DNA of 64,000 nt from the NCBI GenBank assembly GCA_030167865.1, contig JALAGF010005857.1, positions 62,001 to 126,000 on the forward strand, given 5' to 3'. The notes under the pieces are model-generated. The model worked only from the letters and a program-made list of their open reading frames with translations, was not told the origin of the DNA and searched no databases. The position numbers and the translations under genes were made by a program. The stretch is from Craspedostauros australis. Taxonomy: Eukaryota. Positions 10,083-19,337 of this stretch are shown piece by piece; positions within the stretch are counted from its first letter, which is position 1, and each line of letters starts with the position of its first letter.

Positions 10083-11146
10083 ATGAATGCAGTGAACGCT
10101 GTGATCATTACCATCAACCGGTCCATCGACCACGTGGTGGACTACGCGAAGGAGAATGCGTTCGCCATCGTCTGCATGTTGGGCATCGTCTACATGTACA
10201 AGAATTATGGTCAGTACAAGGTGTTGTTCTTCGGGAGTGGGTAAACGAGTGTAGCTCGTGGAGGATGCCATCCACTTTCTGCCGACGGTGGTGGGTGTGA
10301 GGGTTGAAGATCATGGAGGTCATGGAGGTCATGGACAGTTTCAACGATCAGAGCGGCGGTCAAATGCGCAACTTCGTGGATTGATGATTGATCACATAAA
10401 TGCTCTACTCTACTGCCCCACCAGTATCGTATTTCGCGCCATTTCATGTTCGCTCGTGATCATGTCCACAGGCCTCGCCGCCGGAATCGAAGCTAAAGTT
10501 GTTTTGCAAATCGTCTTCGCCAGTGCCATGTTGCCATCGTTATCATCGTCGTTGTCCTCACCACAATATTCTCCATCCTCCATGTACACTTTCATTTCCA
10601 TTCCGATTCAATCCAACTTGTGATGGGGTCTGAAATACATTTGATTGATTCCATTTTCATGCATCCCGTCATCACCTGACAAGAACAGCAGCTAACAGTG
10701 CGTCAATGGGACAAGGGCACAAGCTGTCATCGAGTAGTGGTGCTACATCGTCGTCTTCAGCGTCAACATCATCAGCGACATCAGGATCGACGACAACGAG
10801 CAGATCCATGTTTTCCTTCGCATCAGGGATGAATTCGTCTGCGGCATCCGCGCCAACCACATCCGACGCCCGCGCAACAGAAATGCGCGCCGTGAGATTG
10901 CGTCAGCAGGCCCTGGCCGACGAGCGAGCCAAGGAGGCTGCCAAGAAGCGCAAGGAGAAGGAGGCCCAGGAGAAGGCACGCAAGAACAGCGTTCTGCAGA
11001 AGAAGAAAAAGGATGAGGGCGGCGACAAGGTCGGCGGCAACGAGAAGAAACTGAATGCCTGCGACTTCAATCCCATGCAACCGTGGTCGGCGGGAACTGG
11101 CGGGTACCGAGCGCAGCGCAGAACTGTGCGAAGAGGATGAGCCTAA
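10083..11146 (+). CDS. SELENOS: Selenoprotein S (VIMP)-like ER membrane protein; join(10083..10209,10689..11146), TGA 11138-11140 probably Sec
   Basis: Exon 1 (not in track) encodes MNAVNAV…AFAIVCMLGIVYMYKNY with one TM segment and a GT donor at 10210. NAGNAG acceptors at 10688 and 10691 are both in frame with ORF 10706. Then the coiled coil RATEMRAVRLRQQALADERAKE, a K/E-rich linker and the tail FNPMQPWSAGTGGYRAQRRTVRRG-TGA-GCC-TAA, matching the SelS pattern (YNPL…WRPGRR…GGUG). About 194 aa. Confidence 0.8.
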
Positions 11147-11227
11147 TCCCGGGATGCTGCAAAACAACGTTGATGATGCATGGCTGGCTGTGTACCAAAC
11201 TGATGCTCTACCCCTCAAGAGAGGAGA

Positions 11228-11288
11228 GTGATCGCAGTCTGCGTTTCGCTGCCCATCCGAAGGCATGCCATACTCGCAGACTGTGAGA
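11228..11288 (+). promoter_or_regulatory. Candidate SECIS element (GUGA/GA core, 12-bp helix, non-canonical apical region)
   Basis: GTGA 11228-11231, stem tcgcagtctgcg 11232-11243 pairs fully (one G-U) with cgcagactgtga 11275-11286, immediately followed by GA 11287-11288. Inner mini-helix gctgcc/ggca-t-gc. About 90 nt after the putative Sec UGA. Confidence 0.45.
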
Positions 11289-11941
11289 GGAGGTGCGTGC
11301 CGAAGTCAGTAAAGCATGAATGAATGCAACGACACAACATGCAACAGAACAACGTTGGCGTCTCGGGAAAGCGAAGCGAGGAGAAGCTGGAGGGCAAGCT
11401 AATGCCTCTTCCATTCTCTCGCTTTGATGATCAAAATGATGACACTCTCTGGGCAGCTGTTCCTTTCTCAATCGCGAGGAAGGTGTGACAGCATCCAGTG
11501 GTGTGCGGAGGGAGCAGAGTACCATACATGCTCGACCGTATCCAGAGTCAGGAAAGAGTACTGCACTCTCGACTCCCATCTCTCGCAAAACCAAATGCAA
11601 CAACTATGAATGACATGGTCTTTGAAATCGAGTTCTGGTGACGAACACAAGGCGATTGTGTGAGTACAGCCAGACATTTGATGAACAAACACCATTGAAG
11701 AAGATAGACGTCGCATGCGGGGAGATTTCTTACCAACCGAATCAGAAAATCAAACAATCTGGCAGAAAAGCAACAACTGTCAAGGAAATACATGCGTAAA
11801 AGCAGTACATAGAATACAGACAGTTGCCTTTCGAAAAACAAACCCAGATGCTTTTCGTGCACTCGCAATGTACAAATAGAGCAAAGGAGACTGTCTTGGA
11901 GCACTCTGCACTTCAGAAACGCCAGTTGACGCCAGGTTATA

Positions 11942-13329
11942 CTACACCATGGACTCGATGTCCAATATCGGGCACTTCCTCGATGCCACTTGGACGCACT
12001 GCTCCATCTCCACATCGTGGATGTTGGTCGCGTACTGCAACAGCTTGAAGTACGCCTCGTATTCCGTCTTCAATGCCAGACATATCTTGCGTCGGCCATC
12101 CGTGCTGACATCGCGAGTCACTGCCACCCTGATGCCTGTCACGTTGCGTTCCACCTTGTACCGCCGCTCATCGTCGTTTACATCGTAATCCCCACGCACT
12201 CCCCCGCTGCCTTTTTTGTCCTTCGCTGCATCTTCCGACCTCAGCAGCAGCTGATTCAGGTGCTTCCAATCCTCCCAGAATCGCTCCTGCCGAATCACGT
12301 ACACCGTTGGCTGCCGCTGCATCGGCAGTTTGGTCCCCAGGATGTTGCGGTAGTTGAAGAACATGTGCGAAAAGAAGCGAGCCCTGCCATGGATCGCGGC
12401 GCACGCCAAGGCTTCGCAATCGTCCACGACGATGGAACCCTGCGAGTACGGGTAATTGCAGGTCGTGGAGGCGTTGCCGTACAGCAATTGCGCAAAGGCC
12501 TCCAGCGTTGGAAAGCAGGTGCCGTAGACCAGCGGACCGAAGTGCGCATGTTTGCGGCCCAATTTCAAATCGTACGCCTTGGCATTCTCGGGATGATGGT
12601 ACAGCAAGGCGGACACGGTGCGATCGAAGGGATCGCGGACGGAAACGATGAAGGATTTGTGCTTGGATTCTGGCAATCTCCAGAAGTCAGTGACGTGGTA
12701 GTAATGCTCCTGAAGATAGTGAATGATATGTTGCACGCAGCATGATGGATAGTTGCGGATTGCAGTTTGGTGAGTGCATGAGTCGATGGAATAGTGGATA
12801 CATGGATTGATGAATGCGTGCATGAACGGATAGCATCTCGGAGTCACCATTGAAAGGAGACAAGATATCAGCAGCAATAGTAAGAGCAATAGACGCGCAC
12901 GCAGGAACGTACCACGAGCTTGGAAACTGGCGATTCGTTGGTGATGTTCCGACATGGACCAGCCGCGAACGAACTGCAGCCGTTGCGGATCATGGTGGAG
13001 ATTGTGGACCCACCAGTCTTTCCGATGTGCACAAATCCAGCTGAGTCTACCGACGATTCTTGCTTCGGCATGACGTAGACCGTCGGTGACGTTGTGGGGA
13101 TTGCTCCATGATCCTCATCGTCGCCTCCTTCTTGTCGTTGCCGCTGATGCTGGTACGCATAGCTCGTCATTCCGCCTCCCGCCATCCGAGGTGAAGAAGC
13201 AATGTGGGCGTCCAGCCCACCAAGAAAGAAGATGCCAACGAAGCCATTGATGAGCACCGTCGCGATGATGAGGCCCACCAGCAAGGCGGCGGCAAGGCGA
13301 CCCAAGCTGCGCTTCTTCCCGAATGTCAT
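11942..13329 (-). CDS. Type II membrane (Golgi-type) sulfotransferase; join of 13329..12913 and 12709..11942
   Basis: N-terminal TM anchor, 5'-PSB-like FVHIGKTGGSTI in exon 1 and 3'-PB-like VRDPFDRTVSA in exon 2. GT-AG intron 12912..12710 joins two track ORFs in frame (…SKLV|EHYYH…). Confidence 0.85.
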
Positions 13330-13715
13330 ATCATATCGTCTCGCCAATGTCTCTCTCTCTCTCTCTAGAGTCGCATGCAATGTTTCCTCTTTGTTTGTGT
13401 GGCGCTGGTCTTGATCTTCATGGTAAGTGTGAGCACAAAATGTCTGATTCTGCGCACATTTCGCTCTGTGGCGGCTTCGAATTGGTTGTCGTCATCTTGG
13501 ATGTGAAGCTAAGCCGAAATGAGCTAATTCTTGGAGAACTTGTGCGATTGTCCCCAGTTTTAGTAGTTTTTCGACAACTATGTTTCGCTGTCTCGCTATG
13601 ACACAACACGCTACGAATGTAGAGAGAGAGGCTCAACGCTGGGGCTAAGCGAAAGACGATAGATATCGCAGACCTGTACATCTTCGAGCAGTCGTAGAGA
13701 CGAGACATTGCCGTT

Positions 13716-14666
13716 TCAACCTCCATGGACATGGCCAAAGGTCTGAGATCCAAAGAAGGTCAGGTAAGGTGCAGCAAGCTCTCCATCCCCAGTCTGTTGT
13801 GGTTGGAAGATGCTCTTATCCTCGTTCCAGTATGAACTCATCACGTAGGCATCCACGATCTGTGCCGAGAGTAGCACATGTTGATCGTCGATCATTTGAT
13901 CAGAGTGGATGACGCCTGATGTCGAAGATTTCTGGTCAGCACTGCCGTTGTTGTGCAGGATGCCATTGATCTTGCACAGCATGCGTGCCACCGTGCCCTT
14001 CACTGCAAATAGATTATCAGTCCCAAGATGATCAGCTGGATTGCCTTCGTTGGAATGAAGATCAGTCTCGTTGAACGCAATCATTTCAAGTCCATCGACC
14101 CCGCGTTCCTGCAGCCTTCGTCGCTTCAGCTTCTTCTTCTGTCGATTGCTCAAGGTATCGACCGCCTGCGCGGCTGCTTCTGGAGTTGCAGATCCAGGAT
14201 CACTTTGGCTTCGTCTCGAGAATTTGTTGCCCCATCGTCCCGAGCAACCGCCGACATCCAAAACCGTGCCCTCCATGCCCCGCACTGGCACGCAAAGGAC
14301 GAAAGTGCGCGGTGCGCTGGTATCATCCGACGGCATCAGCATCGTGACCGTGTGCCTCGTCTTGTGGATGCTCATGACGAACATGCCAGTATTGTTGGTC
14401 GCGGTGAGCCACGAGACGACCATCACGTTGCGTTTGATCTGCGGTGATTGCGGCGGCGTCGATGTGCTTGGAGGAGACCCTTTCGCGTCATCTTGTTGTT
14501 GTTGTGGCTGCGTGGCATCGCCACCGTCTGGTGCCGCAGTGCAAAGGAAGCACACTGGATTTGTGTACAGCAGACGGCTGAAATGCTTGGAATCCGTGAG
14601 CCTGATCCAAGAGGGCGATGGTGCTGCTCCTGTTTCTGTTTCTGACATCGTCGTCCTCGTATCCAT
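13716..14666 (-). CDS. Flavin-reductase-like (FMN-binding split barrel) protein
   Basis: RLLYTNPVCFL, NVMVVSWLTATNN, FVLCVPVRGME…VGGCSGR and a late H-containing strand (DQHVLL) fit this fold. Start at 14666 or 14648. Confidence 0.65.
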   Translation of the reverse strand: MDTRTTMSETETGAAPSPSWIRLTDSKHFSRLLYTNPVCFLCTAAPDGGDATQPQQQQDDAKGSPPSTSTPPQSPQIKRNVMVVSWLTATNNTGMFVMSIHKTRHTVTMLMPSDDTSAPRTFVLCVPVRGMEGTVLDVGGCSGRWGNKFSRRSQSDPGSATPEAAAQAVDTLSNRQKKKLKRRRLQERGVDGLEMIAFNETDLHSNEGNPADHLGTDNLFAVKGTVARMLCKINGILHNNGSADQKSSTSGVIHSDQMIDDQHVLLSAQIVDAYVMSSYWNEDKSIFQPQQTGDGELAAPYLTFFGSQTFGHVHGG

Positions 14667-15542
14667 ACCATGGAAATGTGTTTTGTGTGATCCCAACCAT
14701 GCCCAACACTTTCACAAACTTGCGAAGCGCGATCTTCCTGACATTCGCAAACTGCATCTTCCAGAAGCCAAAGCCGCCACCTTTCATCTCACATTCTCAC
14801 CATACTTCACCTCTCGTATGCTCTTGCGACGCCATAGTTGTTGTTGTGGCTGGTTGTCTGGCTATCTCACTCGTTGTAGTCGTATGGCACTCGTAGATAA
14901 CGAATGAAGATACAATTATGATTTATCGTCTTACTCTCTATGGTAATTTGAATATTTGTGGGTTGCCGCCTTGGTGCTGCAGTTTGGCACAGGATCGATC
15001 AAGGAAGGATGTCACCACCACGAAGCATGCCTGACTTCGGTTACATGACCACTGCATCGCATCCGGCTATCGCTATCGACTATGACATTGAAAACATGCA
15101 ATGTTATTGTCTGCACCAAGCATGATTGCGATAGCGATGTTAGTCATTGAGACTGGATCTTCTCCATGCTCTGTATGGATTGGCGCGATTCTTGGACATC
15201 TGCGCGAAGGCAATCAAGCGGCGCACTGCGAGGCTGGCAGCAGATATGTGGAGCAGTGACCTGTCAATGGCACTCTGCGTTTGTTTCGCTCGTCGTCTAC
15301 CCTACCTGGTGTGTATGGTACGAGGAGCGACATTCCAGTTTTGTTGTTGTTGTTGTTGCCATCACCGCGCGAGTACGAGAAGGTCATCATCGTCAACGTC
15401 GCGTGTTGGCGGAGCCTAGGGAGGTGTCGTTATTTGCTGCTGGCGTTCCCATCCCGTGCAATTTGTTCAGGCCGCCGCATCGCAGGTGCTGCTGCTTGTT
15501 CTCCTTCCTTCCCGATGATGCACCAAACGTGCGCCGTAGCCT

Positions 15543-16961
15543 TCACAAGAATTTGCTGCCTGACGACTTGCTGGATGCGTCGTGGACCTTCATGAGCGTG
15601 CGGTGGACTTCCTCCATGAGCGGGCGGTTGGATATGCTTTCGGACCAACCGCGTCGCAGTAACCTTCGGATGGCGACGGGCCACGAGCGTGGGATGGACG
15701 GACGTTCGCCGAAGATGGACACGCTCTCCTTGACCTGATGGCCCAGCAGGCCGTCGTAGGGCTTACTGAGCGCCAGTATTTCCCACAGCAGGATGGAGTA
15801 CGAGAAGACGTCCGCCTTGAGGTTGTAGGGTTCCTTTCTTATGACCTCCACGGCCATGTACCTGGAGGTTCCGGTGTTGCCCGCGAGCTTGAAGGTGGTC
15901 TCCGGTTCGGCATGGAAAGGGATTTCTACGGCCAGGCCGAAGTCGAAGATCTTGAGCGTGCCATCGACGTCGAATCCGACGTTTGCCGGCTTGAGATCGC
16001 GGAAGAGGATGCGGCGTTCGTGGAGGTACTGCACCGCGTCCGCGATGTCGATGGCCGACCTGAGGCGCTCCTGGAAGAGCTGGTTCTTGTAGGAGCTGCG
16101 CCCGGACTTCATGATGCCGCCGCCGCTGCTGCTGCTTTTGCGCTGCTTGAGGTCCTCCCTCCAGTGAGATATCTTTTTGGCCAGCGTGAACTGCAGCCGG
16201 TCGAGGATGAGGAAGAATCCGTCCGCGCGTCCGGTGGCGGAGAAGCCCCCGATTCCGGCGGCGGACCAGCCGCGGAGCTGGATGATGTGCTTGTGGTCGA
16301 GCGCGGAGAGGAAGTGCGCCTCCATGACGAGATCCTTGGCTCCCACCACGAGCTTTTTAGGGTTGAAGGCCAGCTTGGGGTTGAGGTGCTTGATGACATA
16401 CTTCCTGGGCTGCGTGGCCGCGGCCTGGCCTGGGTTCGAAGACGAGGAGGAGGAGGAGGACGAGGAGGTGGCGCTCTTGGAGGACTTGCTGCTTTTGCTG
16501 GTCTTCTTGGTGCTGCTCTTGGTGCTGCCGGCGCCGGCGCCGTTGGAGCTGGACTTGGCAGGGGAGGGGACGCTGGTGGTGACCCTGTCGGTGAGCTCCG
16601 ACTCCACATGGAATTTCTCGATGGCGAAGACGTTGGAGAAGCCACCGAACGCAATGAGGTCGCCGACTTCGAAGTCCTCCCGCTCGAACCGAGGCAGCTG
16701 GTACAGGCTGCAATACCGCTGCACGTAGGCCGAGGAGGCGACGACCTGCGCCACGCGCATCTCCGTGCGCTTCACCAGACGGTCCGCCAGATCGGGGGAC
16801 AGCTCGTAGTCAGCATCGTCGCGGTCGCTCACGCTGTAATTACCCGTGTCGGCAGTGTTGTGCGTGTTCGTGTTGGTGTCCTTGTCGCAGCTGCGATGCA
16901 GTTCGTAGCTGGGGTGCGAGTTGCCGCCGATTCCGAACGAGTTGTCAGTGGATGATGCCAT
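15543..16961 (-). CDS. Protein kinase, TKL-like diatom-expanded family
   Basis: GGFSNV glycine loop, YVIKHL, FRDLKPANVGF, KIFDFGLA, GTSRYMAVE, DVFSYSILLWE. Ser-rich insert. ATG 16961 (MASSTDN). Confidence 0.92.
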   Translation of the reverse strand: MASSTDNSFGIGGNSHPSYELHRSCDKDTNTNTHNTADTGNYSVSDRDDADYELSPDLADRLVKRTEMRVAQVVASSAYVQRYCSLYQLPRFEREDFEVGDLIAFGGFSNVFAIEKFHVESELTDRVTTSVPSPAKSSSNGAGAGSTKSSTKKTSKSSKSSKSATSSSSSSSSSSNPGQAAATQPRKYVIKHLNPKLAFNPKKLVVGAKDLVMEAHFLSALDHKHIIQLRGWSAAGIGGFSATGRADGFFLILDRLQFTLAKKISHWREDLKQRKSSSSGGGIMKSGRSSYKNQLFQERLRSAIDIADAVQYLHERRILFRDLKPANVGFDVDGTLKIFDFGLAVEIPFHAEPETTFKLAGNTGTSRYMAVEVIRKEPYNLKADVFSYSILLWEILALSKPYDGLLGHQVKESVSIFGERPSIPRSWPVAIRRLLRRGWSESISNRPLMEEVHRTLMKVHDASSKSSGSKFL

Positions 16962-18088
16962 GGTGGATGTTGGTTGTGATTGCGCTTTGGTTATGGACGT
17001 TGGTTGTGTCTTTAATGGATGGCCGTGACCTAACAGTGCGTGCACTCCTCGCTGCGGATACAACAGTACGAGTACGAGTACAAGTACGAGTATGTGTATG
17101 TGTATTTATATGTGTTTGGACTGGATTCGAACAGAGTGTTGGAATGGTCCAAAGTGCGGATGTTGGGCTCTTCTGCTCTTTGATTGTTGGTGTCTGTGCC
17201 TTCTTGCTTGCGGTTTCTTGCTTGTGGCTTGCGAGATTAGATGTGTTGCGTTGTGTTGCGTTGCTTTGTGAAGGAGTGGAATGAAGATGGTCGTCGTTCC
17301 TCTGCTCGGATGTGTCCTCGTCGCAGTGTTCCAACTCTCTGATCAGCTGCAGCGTGAGGGAGGAGGTGATGTGATGTTATGCTCTTGTGTGTGGCTTCTC
17401 TGGTTGCGCACTCCCGTTCCATGTGAAGGCAGTGTCGTCGCGAGCAGCTGCGTGAGTATTCTTTTTGGTGAACCGCCACTCCGCCCGCAACAGCGTGTGC
17501 TGTGTCACGATGGTCCGCAAAACGCGAAGAGATATCACGAGAGAAACCGAACGACACTGGCGAAAGGCAATTGAGGAAGCGGGATTTCGCGAGAGAAAAG
17601 TCACAACCCTTTGACACGCTGGTGAGCGAGAAATTCGCTTGCGCGGAAGATAGCAAAGGTCAATGACCCATCTCTCGGTCATTTCGGAGCAAGACCGTGT
17701 GTGTGGCGAACATTACGCGAGCGAAGCGCGCAACGCGGCTGTTTGCTGAGCTTTTTTGTCCCCTCCAGTTTGCGCCTGTTTGTGTGTAACTCCGGGTCTT
17801 GTTCTGTTCACCCGCAGTTTCATTTCACGATCAACAGTCCCGTTCAGTGAAGTCTACGACTGTTCAAGATAGATAATCACGATTTTGCCAGTTCCGCGAC
17901 GCCGTGCTGATTTCTGCTTCCAGTCTTTCTCGGCAGCCCCATGTCAACGCAGCAGTAATAATATGGCATGATCAGACTAGATCTGTCAATAGCGTGTGGC
18001 AATGTGATATATTATTCTATATAATACTATACAATTGTTCACGCAAGCGGGTAAGTCACTCCACTGCAAAAACACGCATACGCAAGGA

Positions 18089-18925
18089 TCAATCAACAAG
18101 ATCTAACTCCTTCAACAACGTCTCTTCCTCTGTCACCATCACCTCGTACTCGTCGTCTTCCTCGTGATCATGTCCGACCAGGTGGAGCATCCCATGCACC
18201 AGTAGCATGTGCAGGCGTCGTTCCGGATCAAAGACAGTCGCCATGGCACCTGAAACGCCTCGGTCATCGTCGTCTTCCTCCTCTCCTTCTTCGTCTTCGC
18301 TATCGTTGTCATTCTCACCATCGTTATCACCAGAATCACTTGAATCGCTGCCACCAGCTTGGAACCGTTCAAAGTCCTCTCGATCGTCATTGCAACAACG
18401 TATTACGTACGGCACATCGATCACCATGTCACCCAACGAGTAGTAATCGGGAATATCGAATTCGGGTGGTTCCAGAACGCCCGGTTCGACGCATTCGTGA
18501 AATGGAAACGACAGGATGTCCGTCGGTCCTGCGATGCCGCGGGATTCCAGATTGACCTCTGTCATTTCTTTATCATCCACGAGCAGCAGCGTCACGTCAT
18601 AGTGAGGATATCCGATACATTTGGCGATTTGGCGTGCCCGATTCTGCAGCGCGACTTCGTCCAGGTGCGGCAACGCCGTTTGTTCGTTGTAGAAATCCAC
18701 CTTCCCCACTCTCGATGCCAATGACGATGTCGACTCGCTTCGTGCAATCGATGTTGGTATTTGGCGTGGACGAAGCCAATGCGTGGCGGTGTGTCCCCGC
18801 CTCATGGCGCAGCGCAGTATGGATGACATTGGGATCATGGCGGCTTTGGGACGCTGCGGTGTGAACGCGATGCTCGTTGAGATGGTGGCGAGAAGGAGCG
18901 CAGATGTTGTCCAACGGTGCAGCAT
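18089..18925 (-). CDS. ybeY: YbeY rRNA-maturation endoribonuclease, predicted plastid-targeted
   Basis: PTDILSFP, LGDMVI and zinc motif HGMLHLVGHDH. N-terminus MLHRWTTSALLLATISTSIA-FTP is a signal peptide + Phe (ASAFAP-type) presequence. Confidence 0.9.
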   Translation of the reverse strand: MLHRWTTSALLLATISTSIAFTPQRPKAAMIPMSSILRCAMRRGHTATHWLRPRQIPTSIARSESTSSLASRVGKVDFYNEQTALPHLDEVALQNRARQIAKCIGYPHYDVTLLLVDDKEMTEVNLESRGIAGPTDILSFPFHECVEPGVLEPPEFDIPDYYSLGDMVIDVPYVIRCCNDDREDFERFQAGGSDSSDSGDNDGENDNDSEDEEGEEEDDDDRGVSGAMATVFDPERRLHMLLVHGMLHLVGHDHEEDDEYEVMVTEEETLLKELDLVD

Positions 18926-18988
18926 TGCAAAGGAAGAATGATGGCTGTCGCGAGATGCAATCCTTCGCGTCTGTGTCATGAATGAGTG

Positions 18989-19011
18989 AATCAATCAATC
19001 AATCAATCAAT
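18989..19011. repeat. (AATC)n microsatellite in the YbeY 5' region
   Basis: aatcaatcaatcaatcaatcaat read directly. Confidence 0.8.
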
Positions 19012-19337
19012 GAAGTGAAGTGAATGAGAGAACCTGGTGCCGAAGCCGGTGCTGGTGCTGATGGCTTGATCCAAGGTTCCGTCGATGGTACGTAGTGATG
19101 ATGTGGATGCGGTTGTGAGCATGTGATGTGTTGACGTTCTCTCGAAACTCTGCGTGAGAAACGAATCTCGCCGAATTCTCTCGTTGGTTGGTTGGATACG
19201 GTCGGAGGACGTCCAGACGTGTATCCCTGGATAGTTCAGGTACGTGGACTCAACACTATCTTACGACATCACGAGATACATAGAGTACGAGTATGATCGA
19301 TTGGTAACGTATAATATTGTACAATACATCTTTTGGA

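Noticed and set aside
11200..11232. CTGA…AA…GA as a type I SECIS
   Set aside because: The stem needs two bulges and has only ~8 pairs, and it competes with the better hairpin at 11228.
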